Below the pieces are notes generated by a model. That model did no database searches. It was not told where the DNA came from and worked only from the letters and a program-made list of their open reading frames with translations. Of a stretch of DNA of 64,000 nt, positions 33,586 to 43,303 are shown piece by piece. The number at the start of each line of letters is the position of its first letter. Position 1 is the first letter of the stretch. The translations under genes were made by a program, and so were the position numbers. This DNA comes from an uncultured Verrucomicrobiae bacterium (GTDB taxonomy: Bacteria > Verrucomicrobiota > Verrucomicrobiia > Chthoniobacterales > JAFAMB01): the NCBI GenBank assembly GCA_963813025.1, contig CAWEXO010000014.1, positions 192,001 to 256,000 of the forward strand, in the 5' to 3' direction.

Positions 33586-35058
33586 ATGCTGATGTCGCGG
33601 CCCTCCATCATCTCCGAAGATGACAAGCGAAAAATCATTATCGGTGTTCTCATCGCGATGTTCCTGGCCGCTTTGGATCAGACAATCGTTGCTCCCGCGT
33701 TGCCAACCATCGGGGCGAGCCTCGGCAATCTCGAATACCTGCCGTGGATTATTACTGCGTACCTGCTTACCGCGACCGCGGTGACGCCGCTCTACGGTAA
33801 ACTCGCCGATGTTCGCGGGCGCCAAGCTATTCTTTTTAGTGCTATCGGGCTCTTCATGGCCGGATCTCTGGTTTGCGCGATCTCGCCGAGTCTGCTGGTC
33901 CTGATCGGGGGGAGGGTTCTCCAAGGATTAGGCGGGGGCGGCCTGATGGCGCTGGCGCAAATCGTTATCGGCGACCTTGTGCCGCCTCGAGAACGCGGCC
34001 GTTACCAGGGCTATATCGCGACGGTCTGGGTTGCGGCGAGCATTGCGGGACCCGTATTTGGCGGCTTCTTTGCAGAGCATCTGCACTGGTCAGTGATCTT
34101 CTGGATTAATCTTCCGCTCGGTGGCTTTGCCATCGGGATGACGAGTAAGCCCTTGCGGCGATTGCCGCTCGAGATTCGTTCTCACCAGTTCGATTTACTC
34201 GGCTCCGGCCTTATCATACTGGCCACGACTGCACTGATGCTGAGTCTGACCTGGGGTGGCGCGCGGTTTGCCTGGAATTCGGCGGTGATCTTCGGGCTGC
34301 TGACCTTGGCCCTGGCGACTGGGCTGGTCTTCGTTCTGCATCTGACGCGCGTCGCTGAGCCGCTTCTGCCCTTGGCAGTCCTGCAAAATTCCGTCGTGGC
34401 GGCCGCCACGCTGTCGGTGTTCTTTGCCATGGCGGCGTACATCGGGGTCTCGGCTTACCTGCCTGCTTTCTTTCAGAGCGCACTTGGCCGTGAGCCGGCG
34501 GAAGCGGGGTTCTGGTTAGTTCCGATGATGATTGGTACGGTCACTGGAGCAACCCTGACCGGAAGGCTGATGGTGAGGCTCGACCGATACAAATTCATGG
34601 GTTTGATCGGGCTAAGTATCAGTGGCGTTGCATTTTTCGTGCTCTCGTTTTTCGCCGCGAAGCCAAGTTTATTACTGATCGAACCGCTGCTGACGCTGGC
34701 TGGTCTGGGACTCGGTTCTCTTTTTCCGATCGCCACTACCTGTGTGCAGAATGCGGTGGACCTGGAGCATCTCGGCGTGGCCACTGGTGCGCTGAACTTC
34801 CTGAGGCAGCTCGGGAGTGCAATCGGGGTGTCGGTCTTAGGCGCGGTTTGCTTGCACGGCGCCGCACCCGTCGCTGGCACAGCGGCCCCGGGAAGCATCG
34901 AATCGTTGGCCCATCTGAAGCACTCCTTCGGCTGGGTGTTCCTGGCATGTGCACTTTTGATCGGTGTTGCGCTTGCCAGCTTCAGTCTGATGAAGGAATT
35001 GCCCTTGCAAACAACCCGTCAGCGCAGCCAGTCGCGCGCTCGAGTTATCGCCGAGTGA
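33586..35058 (+). CDS. DHA2/MDR-type MFS efflux transporter
   Basis: LDQTIVAPALP, YGKLADVRGR, RVLQGLGGGGL, WIFWINLP-like motif. Confidence 0.95.
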   Translation: MLMSRPSIISEDDKRKIIIGVLIAMFLAALDQTIVAPALPTIGASLGNLEYLPWIITAYLLTATAVTPLYGKLADVRGRQAILFSAIGLFMAGSLVCAISPSLLVLIGGRVLQGLGGGGLMALAQIVIGDLVPPRERGRYQGYIATVWVAASIAGPVFGGFFAEHLHWSVIFWINLPLGGFAIGMTSKPLRRLPLEIRSHQFDLLGSGLIILATTALMLSLTWGGARFAWNSAVIFGLLTLALATGLVFVLHLTRVAEPLLPLAVLQNSVVAAATLSVFFAMAAYIGVSAYLPAFFQSALGREPAEAGFWLVPMMIGTVTGATLTGRLMVRLDRYKFMGLIGLSISGVAFFVLSFFAAKPSLLLIEPLLTLAGLGLGSLFPIATTCVQNAVDLEHLGVATGALNFLRQLGSAIGVSVLGAVCLHGAAPVAGTAAPGSIESLAHLKHSFGWVFLACALLIGVALASFSLMKELPLQTTRQRSQSRARVIAE

Positions 35059-35136
35059 CGGGAAAATGGCAAAATTGCGGTTTATTCCACGGGTGGAGAT
35101 GATAGTATTTGCGTCTCGGGGAGGAGAACTGCAACC

Positions 35137-35661
35137 ATGGAGTATTCCGGTTTTATCCAGAGCATTTTAGGCGAAGCGAAGCTACCGCGATTCACTCCAA
35201 CAGATCCGCCTCCGCGACCAGAATTAATAAGGCAGATTGAAGCTGCTTCGGACACACAGTTTGGGCCAGTCAGCGCTACGTCCGCGGCGTGCCTGCGCAG
35301 TCTTTTGTTTGTGGCGGCCGGCGATCTCGATCGCGCGCACGTTCTCGTACAAGAGCTGACTTCGAGCAATGCATCGTACATCCATGGGATGATCCATCGG
35401 ATCGAGGGAGATTTCGGAAACGCCCGCTACTGGTTTCATCAGGCGCGAATCCATCCAACCGCTCCGGAGATGTATCGGCGAGCTTCGGCGAATAGTTTGA
35501 CGATCGCGAGTCATCCAGTCTGGGATCCCGATCGAGTGACCGACTTGGCGGAACGCGCGCGCCAGACCCGGCCGAGTGAGGAGCTGCGAGTGATCCTGAC
35601 CGTCGAGTTCGAAGTCCTGGTTGAGCATCTGTCCGATCCCCTGAACAACGAAGTACAATGA
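35137..35661 (+). CDS. Conserved hypothetical protein
   Basis: AH..VQE...YIHGMIHRIEGDFGNARYWF motif; GGAG RBS upstream. Confidence 0.75.
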   Translation: MEYSGFIQSILGEAKLPRFTPTDPPPRPELIRQIEAASDTQFGPVSATSAACLRSLLFVAAGDLDRAHVLVQELTSSNASYIHGMIHRIEGDFGNARYWFHQARIHPTAPEMYRRASANSLTIASHPVWDPDRVTDLAERARQTRPSEELRVILTVEFEVLVEHLSDPLNNEVQ

Positions 35662-35879
35662 GCGGCGGGAGCGGGCAGAAAGCGGAGGGGAGCGGAGGGA
35701 GCGGCTTCAGCGGATGGAGTTAACGCGAGAGCGGTTGGAGACATGAACGGGGATACCCGCGGCCAGCCCTGATATCTTTTTTGCGATTGACTACTACCTC
35801 CCTCCGCTGAAGCCGCTCCCTCCGCTCCCCCCCGCTTTCTGCCCGCTCCCTCCGCTTTCTGCCCGCTCCCCCCGCTCAC
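35660..35879. repeat. GAGCGG-rich inverted-repeat element (family 2), copy 1
   Basis: 28-bp perfect IR at 35687-35714 / 35803-35830, extended by gagcgggcagaaagcgg units. Confidence 0.75.
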
Positions 35880-35944
35880 TTAATCTTTCTTGCCATCGTT
35901 CCGGACCTCGTCAGAATGCCCGTGGCAGCTTCCTCACTCTCAGC

Positions 35945-36616
35945 ATGGAGCCGTCTGTTTTTCAGATCGATGCGCACCGGCGGTTTTTTGTCGCGTTGCT
36001 CGTCGCCGGAATCGTGTTTATTGGCTTACAGAGCCGCGTCCGGCTTTCCTTTCAGGCGGTGCTTTCCTGGAACGGGTTTGCATTGACCAGCATCGTTTTG
36101 GCGTGGCTGCGAATAGTATTCTCCGATGCTCGAACGGCCGTGCGCACCGCAAAACTCCAGGATACCGGAAGAACGATCCTTTTTTTGATCGTAATCGTCG
36201 GAGCGGTGGCCAGCCTGGTGGCCGTCATCATGTTGCTGAGTACCGCCAAAGGACTCAATCGGCGGGCGCTCTCCGGACACGTCGTTATCGCGTGTCTCAC
36301 CGTGCTTTTGTCATGGGTGTTCATACATACGATCTTTGCGCTGCACTACGCTCACGCTTACTACCGCGAGTGCGACGACGACCCCGACAGTGGCAACGGC
36401 ACGGGACTCGATTTCCCGGAGGAGGATTATCCTGATTATCTCGACTTCGCCTATTTCTCTTTTGTTATCGGGATGACATTCCAGGTATCGGACGTCGAGA
36501 TCACTTCCAGCCGTCTTCGCCGCATGGCGCTGATCCATGGTTTGCTATCCTTCGGATTCAATACCGTGATCCTCGCCTTAGCGATCAATATTGCCTCTGG
36601 TCTTTTCGGATCCTGA
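35945..36616 (+). CDS. DUF1345 membrane protein
   Basis: HTIFALHYAH.YY, PDYLDFAYFSFVIGMTFQVSDV. Confidence 0.92.
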   Translation: MEPSVFQIDAHRRFFVALLVAGIVFIGLQSRVRLSFQAVLSWNGFALTSIVLAWLRIVFSDARTAVRTAKLQDTGRTILFLIVIVGAVASLVAVIMLLSTAKGLNRRALSGHVVIACLTVLLSWVFIHTIFALHYAHAYYRECDDDPDSGNGTGLDFPEEDYPDYLDFAYFSFVIGMTFQVSDVEITSSRLRRMALIHGLLSFGFNTVILALAINIASGLFGS

Positions 36617-36729
36617 GAGTGCCTGTGGCGGTTTTGCCGCTCAACTTCGTGTGGCAGCATCTGGGGCACCGAAGCGAACAGGTCCAACAGTAAACTTGAC
36701 GACGGTGCGGCTCCAGACTACGCGGTTGT

Positions 36730-37533
36730 ATGAAAGCTGCGCTCACCAGCCTTGCCATTTGTTGCTCTTTCGCCTCCGTTTATGGAGAGATCGTGACCAA
36801 GACGGTGGATTATCAACAGGGAGATACTCGGTTGCAGGGGTTTTTGGCCTATGATGACGCCAAGACCGCTGAGCACAAGTTGCCTGGGGTTGTGCTAATG
36901 CACGAGTGGTGGGGCCTGAATGACTTCATGCGCGGAAAGGCGATCGCGTTGGCCAAGCTCGGGTATGTCGCGTTTGCCGCTGATCTTTACGGAGGCGGTC
37001 AATCCACGACCGACCCCCAGAAAGCCAAAGAATTGTCCAGCCAGCTCTATGGCAAAGAGCTTTTGGCAGAGAGAGCTCGTGCCGGGTTGGATCAGCTGAT
37101 CAAGACGGGCTTGGCCGACGATTCAAAACTGGCCGCGATCGGCTTCTGCTTTGGTGGAGCAGCCACCCAGGTATTGGCCTACTCCGGCGCGCCCTTACGA
37201 GGAATTGTCAGTTTCCACGGCGCACTGGTTCCAGCGCCGGAAGGCGTGGATGGGCGGAGCAAACCGAAGTTTCTCATCATGGAAGGAGCGCTTGATCCCA
37301 ATCTGAAAAAGGAGACGGTTGACGCGTTTCTAAAATCGTTGAACGACGACAAATTCGACTACCAATACCTGAGCTACTCCGGGGCGGTTCATGCCTTCAT
37401 GAACCCGGACGCCGACAAAGCGGCGGCCGCCGGTCTCAAGGGCGTCGGCTACAATCCGAAAGTTGCGGAACGCGCCTGGAACCAGATGCAGCTCTTCTTC
37501 AAGGAGATCTTCGGCTCGACCCCGAGCGCCTGA
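36730..37533 (+). CDS. Dienelactone hydrolase family protein (exported)
   Basis: Signal peptide, HEWWGLN, IGFCFGG, VSFHG, AVHAF. Confidence 0.93.
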   Translation: MKAALTSLAICCSFASVYGEIVTKTVDYQQGDTRLQGFLAYDDAKTAEHKLPGVVLMHEWWGLNDFMRGKAIALAKLGYVAFAADLYGGGQSTTDPQKAKELSSQLYGKELLAERARAGLDQLIKTGLADDSKLAAIGFCFGGAATQVLAYSGAPLRGIVSFHGALVPAPEGVDGRSKPKFLIMEGALDPNLKKETVDAFLKSLNDDKFDYQYLSYSGAVHAFMNPDADKAAAAGLKGVGYNPKVAERAWNQMQLFFKEIFGSTPSA

Positions 37534-37534
37534 G

Positions 37535-38095
37535 GTGCGGACCAAGGAGAAAGCCCCGCTGCAGAGGCAGAGAGTTCGGCGCGGAAGAGTCAGTGCGGTG
37601 GGCTGCATTTCACTCTGGCTGTTGGCAGCAGCACTGCTGGTCAGCTGCGGCGGAGGCGGGCACCGTCAAGCCAATGGCGGAGCGGCTGGGGTGGGTGCGC
37701 CCATAAGCGAGGACGCTCGTTTCGCGCTGTCCAAGGCAGATCTGCGCGCCGTAATCGACCAGGGTATCACCTATTTGCAGTGGCAGTTCGGTTTCAAGAC
37801 AAAACAACCGGTTCAATTGGAAAGCGTGCGCGTGGATGACGTTACTGGACCGGCTCCGGTCCTGCTGGTCAACGATCAAGCTCCGCAATTGAACGGGGGA
37901 GTGTGGTCAGCGACCAGCGGGGAGATTGATCCACGATCCGGCGCAAACTCGTGGTTATATGATTCGGCGGAGAGCGTGCGAACTTTTCGCTTTACGATCA
38001 CCAATTTGAATGGGCAGACCGATGTACTGGAACAAGTGAGCAGATTTTCGCCAGGTGCTAAAAGCGCTCTCCGTCAGCAATACCACATTAAGTAG
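37535..38095 (+). CDS. Hypothetical lipoprotein
   Basis: Arg-rich n-region, hydrophobic stretch, LLVSC lipobox; start uncertain. Confidence 0.6.
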   Translation: MRTKEKAPLQRQRVRRGRVSAVGCISLWLLAAALLVSCGGGGHRQANGGAAGVGAPISEDARFALSKADLRAVIDQGITYLQWQFGFKTKQPVQLESVRVDDVTGPAPVLLVNDQAPQLNGGVWSATSGEIDPRSGANSWLYDSAESVRTFRFTITNLNGQTDVLEQVSRFSPGAKSALRQQYHIK

Positions 38096-38277
38096 TCCTT
38101 GAACGGCGAAGATTTATGGGGATGAATCAAGTTTTGTCAGACGCTCGCCTTTTCAAAATATCGCATTCTTCGCTTTTCAAGGACTCCCTACAGCGAGGCC
38201 GCTGGACCAGCGAGCGCCAGCGCCGAGCTTTATGCGCACCAGCCAATCTCCTCGCTTCTGAGGCGCGGCCTCACTAA

Positions 38278-38775
38278 ATGATGGCCAGCACCGAGCGAGG
38301 CGGGGATACGGTCGGGATTGTTCCTCGGGAGATGATGCTGCGGTATTCCGGGATGGAGCTGCTCAGTAAATTTATGCGCGGCGAGTTGCCGGGGCCGGCG
38401 ATGAGCGAGGTAATCCCGTTCCGTCTGGTCGAACTCGAGCAGGGGCAAGCGGTCCTTACCAGTGAGCCGAGCCAGCGATTCTATAACACCATGGGAATTT
38501 GTCACGGTGGTTATGCAATGACGCTGCTGGACACCTGTATGGGAGTGTCGATTTACAGCAGACTCGGTCCGGGCATCGGATACACTACCATCGAAACCAA
38601 AGTTAATTTTGTTCGGCCACTCACTCAGGCGACCGGGCTGATTCGAGCGATCGGAACGGCGATTCATGTCGGCCACCGGACCGGGACCGCGGATGGGCGA
38701 TTGTTAGACGCTTCGGGCAAGGTATATGCCCATGGAACAACAACCTGTTTTTTGTTTCCGTTGGAAGAGAGGTGA
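38278..38775 (+). CDS. PaaI family thioesterase
   Basis: YNTMGICHGG..MTLLD, TTIETKVNFVRP. Confidence 0.93.
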   Translation: MMASTERGGDTVGIVPREMMLRYSGMELLSKFMRGELPGPAMSEVIPFRLVELEQGQAVLTSEPSQRFYNTMGICHGGYAMTLLDTCMGVSIYSRLGPGIGYTTIETKVNFVRPLTQATGLIRAIGTAIHVGHRTGTADGRLLDASGKVYAHGTTTCFLFPLEER

Positions 38776-38778
38776 AGA

Positions 38779-38966
38779 AAGCGGTGGGAGCGGGCTCAGC
38801 GGAGGGAAGTAGCGATAGAGCGGCGGAAGATGGCAGTTCTTCTCACTTATGCACCAATCAGTTGATTGTCGTTTGTGCGCCAGAAACCCTTGGGTGACAG
38901 TTTCAAATTCTGAGCTGACAAGCTACTTCCCTCCGCTGAGCCCGCTCCCGCTGCTCCCACCGCTCG
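38779..38966. repeat. GAGCGG-rich inverted-repeat element (family 2), copy 2
   Basis: 28-bp perfect IR at 38786-38813 / 38922-38949. Confidence 0.75.
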
Positions 38967-41610
38967 GATCACCTCCAGCCGCTTGGATCGCTCCCACCGC
39001 TGCAACGGCCCGCTGATCGATCCAGGCATCAATCGCCGGCAGTTGCTGCGCTCGGACCTGGCTTTTCGCCCGAATCAGATTTACGCAATCTTCCGCCGTT
39101 GCCATCGCATCCGCGCCACCGCTTTTGCTGACCAGATCAAGGAGTTCACCAGCATGTTCTTCGTCGGAAAAATTCCCGGCGATCGCAGACAGAAAATCGT
39201 TTCTTTCGGGAATGGATCGTGTTGCCAGAAGTTTTGATAAATGCGTTTTTACATAGGTCCAAACCAAATCGGCGTGCTCACCATTGGTAGCCACGTTCTT
39301 GAAAGCATCCCTGGCCACGGAAGCAGGCATTTCTCCGGTCTGAGCAATGGCGAGAGTGCGTTCCGCCAACCGAGGATCCAGCGCCACTTCAAGTGCTTCA
39401 TAGTACATCTTTTTCTGGGCCAGACTTTCTGCCTCTCGGGCCTTCTGGCGGAGTTGCTCGTAAATTGACTCCGAACTGTAGCGCCCAACGATCTGCAAAA
39501 CGGCTGGGTGCAAGTCAGGGGAAATCGGGTCTTTTTGGAAATCCTGGAAACGCCGGAAAGCCTCATCAATGACAGCTCGACTGCCAAAAAAACCCAGGCT
39601 CTTGATCAGCAGAGGACGAAGTTGCCGATCGTCGTCCGGTTCTCCACTCTTTTCAATCCAGGTGAGACGTTGCAGCGAGGGTTCGAGCAGATGCGAAACG
39701 TAGCTCTGAAAAGCTTCACGTTCAGGCTGGCCTTGCTCGAGCCGGTCCAGCCGGTCCAGCGATCTCAGGATTTCCTGCCAGACGGGGAAGCTGGTGACAT
39801 CGCGCAATTTATCAATTAGCTCGAAATAGGAACTGGGCGGACTGCGCAGGGAGAACAGCATGGCCGCTGAGTCGCCGACCAGGTTTAGTCGATCGGCTTC
39901 CGACAGTTGATCTACGTGTTTCAGAAGTTCAGCATAGAGTGCGGGCTCGTACCAGACCCGGAAGAAACCCACTCCACCAGCATTTCCTTTAATCGCACCT
40001 TCGTCATTGGTGAGTTCGAAGTTTGCCGAGATCTTTTCCAGCACCGCGTATTTCGCATTTCCGCCAGCCGTTGTCACAATACCGATCGGCAATGGCCAGA
40101 CAGCAGCCGTCGAATCTTCACGGTCGAGGGTAAACAGACCTTGCTCCAAACTGACAATCCGTTTGTCGCCGACCGGCTGCGCGGTCATTTTGACAAGCGG
40201 GAAACCGGGCTGCTGAACGTACCGAGAAGCCATTTCCTTAATCGATCGTCCGCTTGTTCTGTCCAGAGAATCCCATAGATCCGCCGATGTAGCGCTCGAA
40301 AATTTTCGGCTCTGTAGAAAGACGCGAACTCCGTCTCGAAAAGGGCCTTCCCCGAGGTATTTTTCGAGCATACGAAGGACTTGCCGGCCTTTGTCACGAG
40401 TCAGCTGATTGCTGGCGTCAGCTACATTTGCCGGGTTGACGGCATTGATCGGTTTCTCAATCGGTTGTGTGGTCTTGCGGGCGTCCGCGTCCATCGCCTC
40501 TTGTTTCTTTACCTCCGCCGTTAACCAGGGTTTCCACTCCGGATGAAATTTTTCGGCTGCCTTGGCCGCCATAAAGGAGGCAAAACTGTCATCCAACCAG
40601 AGATCGTTCCACGAGCCGATAGTTACCAGATCCTCAAGCCATTGTTGCACTACGCCTTTAGCGGTGGTGTCAAAGATCTCGCGGCGAGCCGGCGATGGGT
40701 CCTGCCCGGGATCGAAGAGCACCCGATTTTGGCTTTCAGCGATCGCACCCCAGCCGCTGGCGCCCGGCATACCGTCCGGCAAGGCAATCTCGTCCAGCTT
40801 TGACAAGGGATAAGCGACGCCGAAGTATTCGTTGTAGAACGGCAAGAGCTGTTGCAAAACATCGCTGGCGTAATGCGCGAAGTGCTTTTTTCCCTCGATC
40901 GTGAAAAGCCGCACCTGGACTCCGGCAGCGCTTTCCTCCAAACAGTCGAATCGACCGCAGAAGAATGTGACCAGGTAGCTGGCCATGGCAGGCGTTGGTT
41001 GAAAGCTTACAATCTTTTTCTGTCCGATGCGCTGCTCTACTTTGATCGGCATGTTCGAGATCGCCTGATTATCATAATCGGTCAGCACGCTGAGCTGGTA
41101 GGTTGCTCGGAAACCGGGCTCGTCCCAGCAGGGAAAAACCCGACGGGCGTCGGTTCCTTTCAGATGCGTCGCCAGCAGCGTTCGGTCGACTTGTCCGGCG
41201 CGATACTTCCAGAGAAACAATCCTCTGGCTTGTTGCTGGATCTGGCTCTTAAAAGTTAGCGACAATCGGTAAATACCGGGCTGAAGCGGTGTGCCGGTCT
41301 CAAAGATTACCTTCTCGTCCCGGGGCTGAAAAGCAGGTGACAACGTCTGCCGTAAGACGTTGTTCTCCAGCGTCACGTTCGCTATTTCGGTTTGCACCGC
41401 GTTCAAAACGATCTGGCTAACCGGTTGAAGCACCTCGATCTCGATCTGCTCTGTTCCCGCGATTGACAGATCAGCCGGATTCGGTTCCAGGAAAATCTGG
41501 TACGCGTGCGGTACGACTGATTTCGGAAGGGATGTGTTTCCCGCTTCCTGTTCCGACCAGGCCGGCTGCACGAAAGCCAGGAACGAGAGAAAAAACCAGA
41601 GTCGTAGCAT
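38923..41610 (-). CDS. M1 aminopeptidase N homologue with ERAP1-like C-domain, catalytic motifs lost
   Basis: ARRVFPCWDEP, ISNMP, YPLSKLD, QPGFP retained; GAMEN and HExxH..E absent; signal-peptide-like start at 41610. Confidence 0.85.
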   Translation of the reverse strand: MLRLWFFLSFLAFVQPAWSEQEAGNTSLPKSVVPHAYQIFLEPNPADLSIAGTEQIEIEVLQPVSQIVLNAVQTEIANVTLENNVLRQTLSPAFQPRDEKVIFETGTPLQPGIYRLSLTFKSQIQQQARGLFLWKYRAGQVDRTLLATHLKGTDARRVFPCWDEPGFRATYQLSVLTDYDNQAISNMPIKVEQRIGQKKIVSFQPTPAMASYLVTFFCGRFDCLEESAAGVQVRLFTIEGKKHFAHYASDVLQQLLPFYNEYFGVAYPLSKLDEIALPDGMPGASGWGAIAESQNRVLFDPGQDPSPARREIFDTTAKGVVQQWLEDLVTIGSWNDLWLDDSFASFMAAKAAEKFHPEWKPWLTAEVKKQEAMDADARKTTQPIEKPINAVNPANVADASNQLTRDKGRQVLRMLEKYLGEGPFRDGVRVFLQSRKFSSATSADLWDSLDRTSGRSIKEMASRYVQQPGFPLVKMTAQPVGDKRIVSLEQGLFTLDREDSTAAVWPLPIGIVTTAGGNAKYAVLEKISANFELTNDEGAIKGNAGGVGFFRVWYEPALYAELLKHVDQLSEADRLNLVGDSAAMLFSLRSPPSSYFELIDKLRDVTSFPVWQEILRSLDRLDRLEQGQPEREAFQSYVSHLLEPSLQRLTWIEKSGEPDDDRQLRPLLIKSLGFFGSRAVIDEAFRRFQDFQKDPISPDLHPAVLQIVGRYSSESIYEQLRQKAREAESLAQKKMYYEALEVALDPRLAERTLAIAQTGEMPASVARDAFKNVATNGEHADLVWTYVKTHLSKLLATRSIPERNDFLSAIAGNFSDEEHAGELLDLVSKSGGADAMATAEDCVNLIRAKSQVRAQQLPAIDAWIDQRAVAAVGAIQAAGGDPSGGSSGSGLSGGK

Positions 41611-41724
41611 GAGCGAAAGGCAGAATAGTGGCCATTTTCGCCGGCGGCCAACGGAAAACCATGTTGGCCTTGGCGGCATTTTCCTTGCGCAGTGCTTCGC
41701 GGTAGTCAATTCGTATGTCTCCCG

Positions 41725-42834
41725 ATGTCCGCTACGAGTGAGTACACCGAAAGCTTGAATCAAAAGATTCTGGCGGTTTCCGAAGATACTATCCAGGGCT
41801 TCAGCACGGAACCATTTCTGGAAATTGCGCGAGCGGCGGGCCTCGAGGAGGACCTGGTGCTGGAACGAATCCGGCTTATGCTCAGGGCCGGCACGATCCG
41901 CCGCGTTCGGCAAACCTTGCTGTCCACTAACCTGGCCCAGGGTGCGTTGGTCGCCTGGCAAGTTCCGCAAAGCCGTTTGGATTCGGCGTTCGATTTCATG
42001 TTTAAAGAGGACCCGTTTTCAGGTCATGTCGTGACCCGATCGACCGATTTCCGCAGTCGCGGGAGTGAGTTCAAACTCTGGACAACGGTAAAAGTTCCGC
42101 AAGGATATAGTCTGGACGGGCATATTGCTCTCCTGGCCGGTCGTGTTGGGGCTTTGGCCGTGCGCACCATGCCGGCCAAGGGAATTTTTACCCTCGGGGT
42201 GGGTCACGTTCGGCGACAGACCATCTCCCCGGGCGCCAGAGCAACGGAACCGGCGCGCATGCTGCCAACCAGGATTGTTCAGTTGAGCCCGCTCGAGTGG
42301 AGGGTTTTAACGGCGCTGAAACGTGAGTTCACCGAGGACGAGATCACGTCGCATCCTTGGCTGAGACGCGCCCGTGAGATTGATTTGCCGGCCGAAACTT
42401 TCCTTGAAATCGCCGAATCGCTGAGCCAACGAAAAATCCTGGGACGCTTTTCGACTTTTCTTGAGCATGTTAAAGCGTCGCCGACCGGCGTCCGGGTCAC
42501 CCGATTCAATGCGTTGTTTCACTGGGCGGTGCCTGTCGGTATGGAAGGGAAAGCGGGCGCCGAAATCGGCCGGCACGAGATTCTGACCCATTGCTATTGG
42601 CGGGAGGCCGGCCCGGAGTTCGGCAATGTCAATATCATGGCGGTGGCTCACGGGACCGAAAAACAACGGTTGCTCGATCACAAGGCGGCGATGGATGGAC
42701 ACCTGGCTGCTTGCGGAATTCCCGTTTCCTACACCAACGTTTTCTGGGGCGGTCGCTCTGAGATCAAGCCTTCCGAGATCTCACCCATCATTTATGAACG
42801 TTGGTTGAAGTCGATGGAAACCGAAAAGGTCTAA
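41725..42834 (+). CDS. Two-module Lrp/AsnC-like protein, siroheme decarboxylase AhbA/AhbB (NirDL)-like
   Basis: Two HTH+RAM modules; PF..IA, GTIRR, ALVAW and THCYWR motifs. Confidence 0.75.
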   Translation: MSATSEYTESLNQKILAVSEDTIQGFSTEPFLEIARAAGLEEDLVLERIRLMLRAGTIRRVRQTLLSTNLAQGALVAWQVPQSRLDSAFDFMFKEDPFSGHVVTRSTDFRSRGSEFKLWTTVKVPQGYSLDGHIALLAGRVGALAVRTMPAKGIFTLGVGHVRRQTISPGARATEPARMLPTRIVQLSPLEWRVLTALKREFTEDEITSHPWLRRAREIDLPAETFLEIAESLSQRKILGRFSTFLEHVKASPTGVRVTRFNALFHWAVPVGMEGKAGAEIGRHEILTHCYWREAGPEFGNVNIMAVAHGTEKQRLLDHKAAMDGHLAACGIPVSYTNVFWGGRSEIKPSEISPIIYERWLKSMETEKV

Positions 42835-42882
42835 ATGGTCGCGAGTCTCAAGACTCGGACCATTTAGACCTTTTCGGTTTCC

Positions 42883-43245
<363 letters not shown>

Positions 43246-43303
43246 TTACATGGCGTGTTCATTGGCAATATTTCACTTAGGTTCACAGTTCCGGTGAGAA
43301 GCA

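Noticed and set aside
41611..41970. N-terminal 120 aa of the 1015-aa ORF
   Set aside because: Overlaps the divergent Lrp/Ahb gene; the signal-peptide start at 41610 fits better
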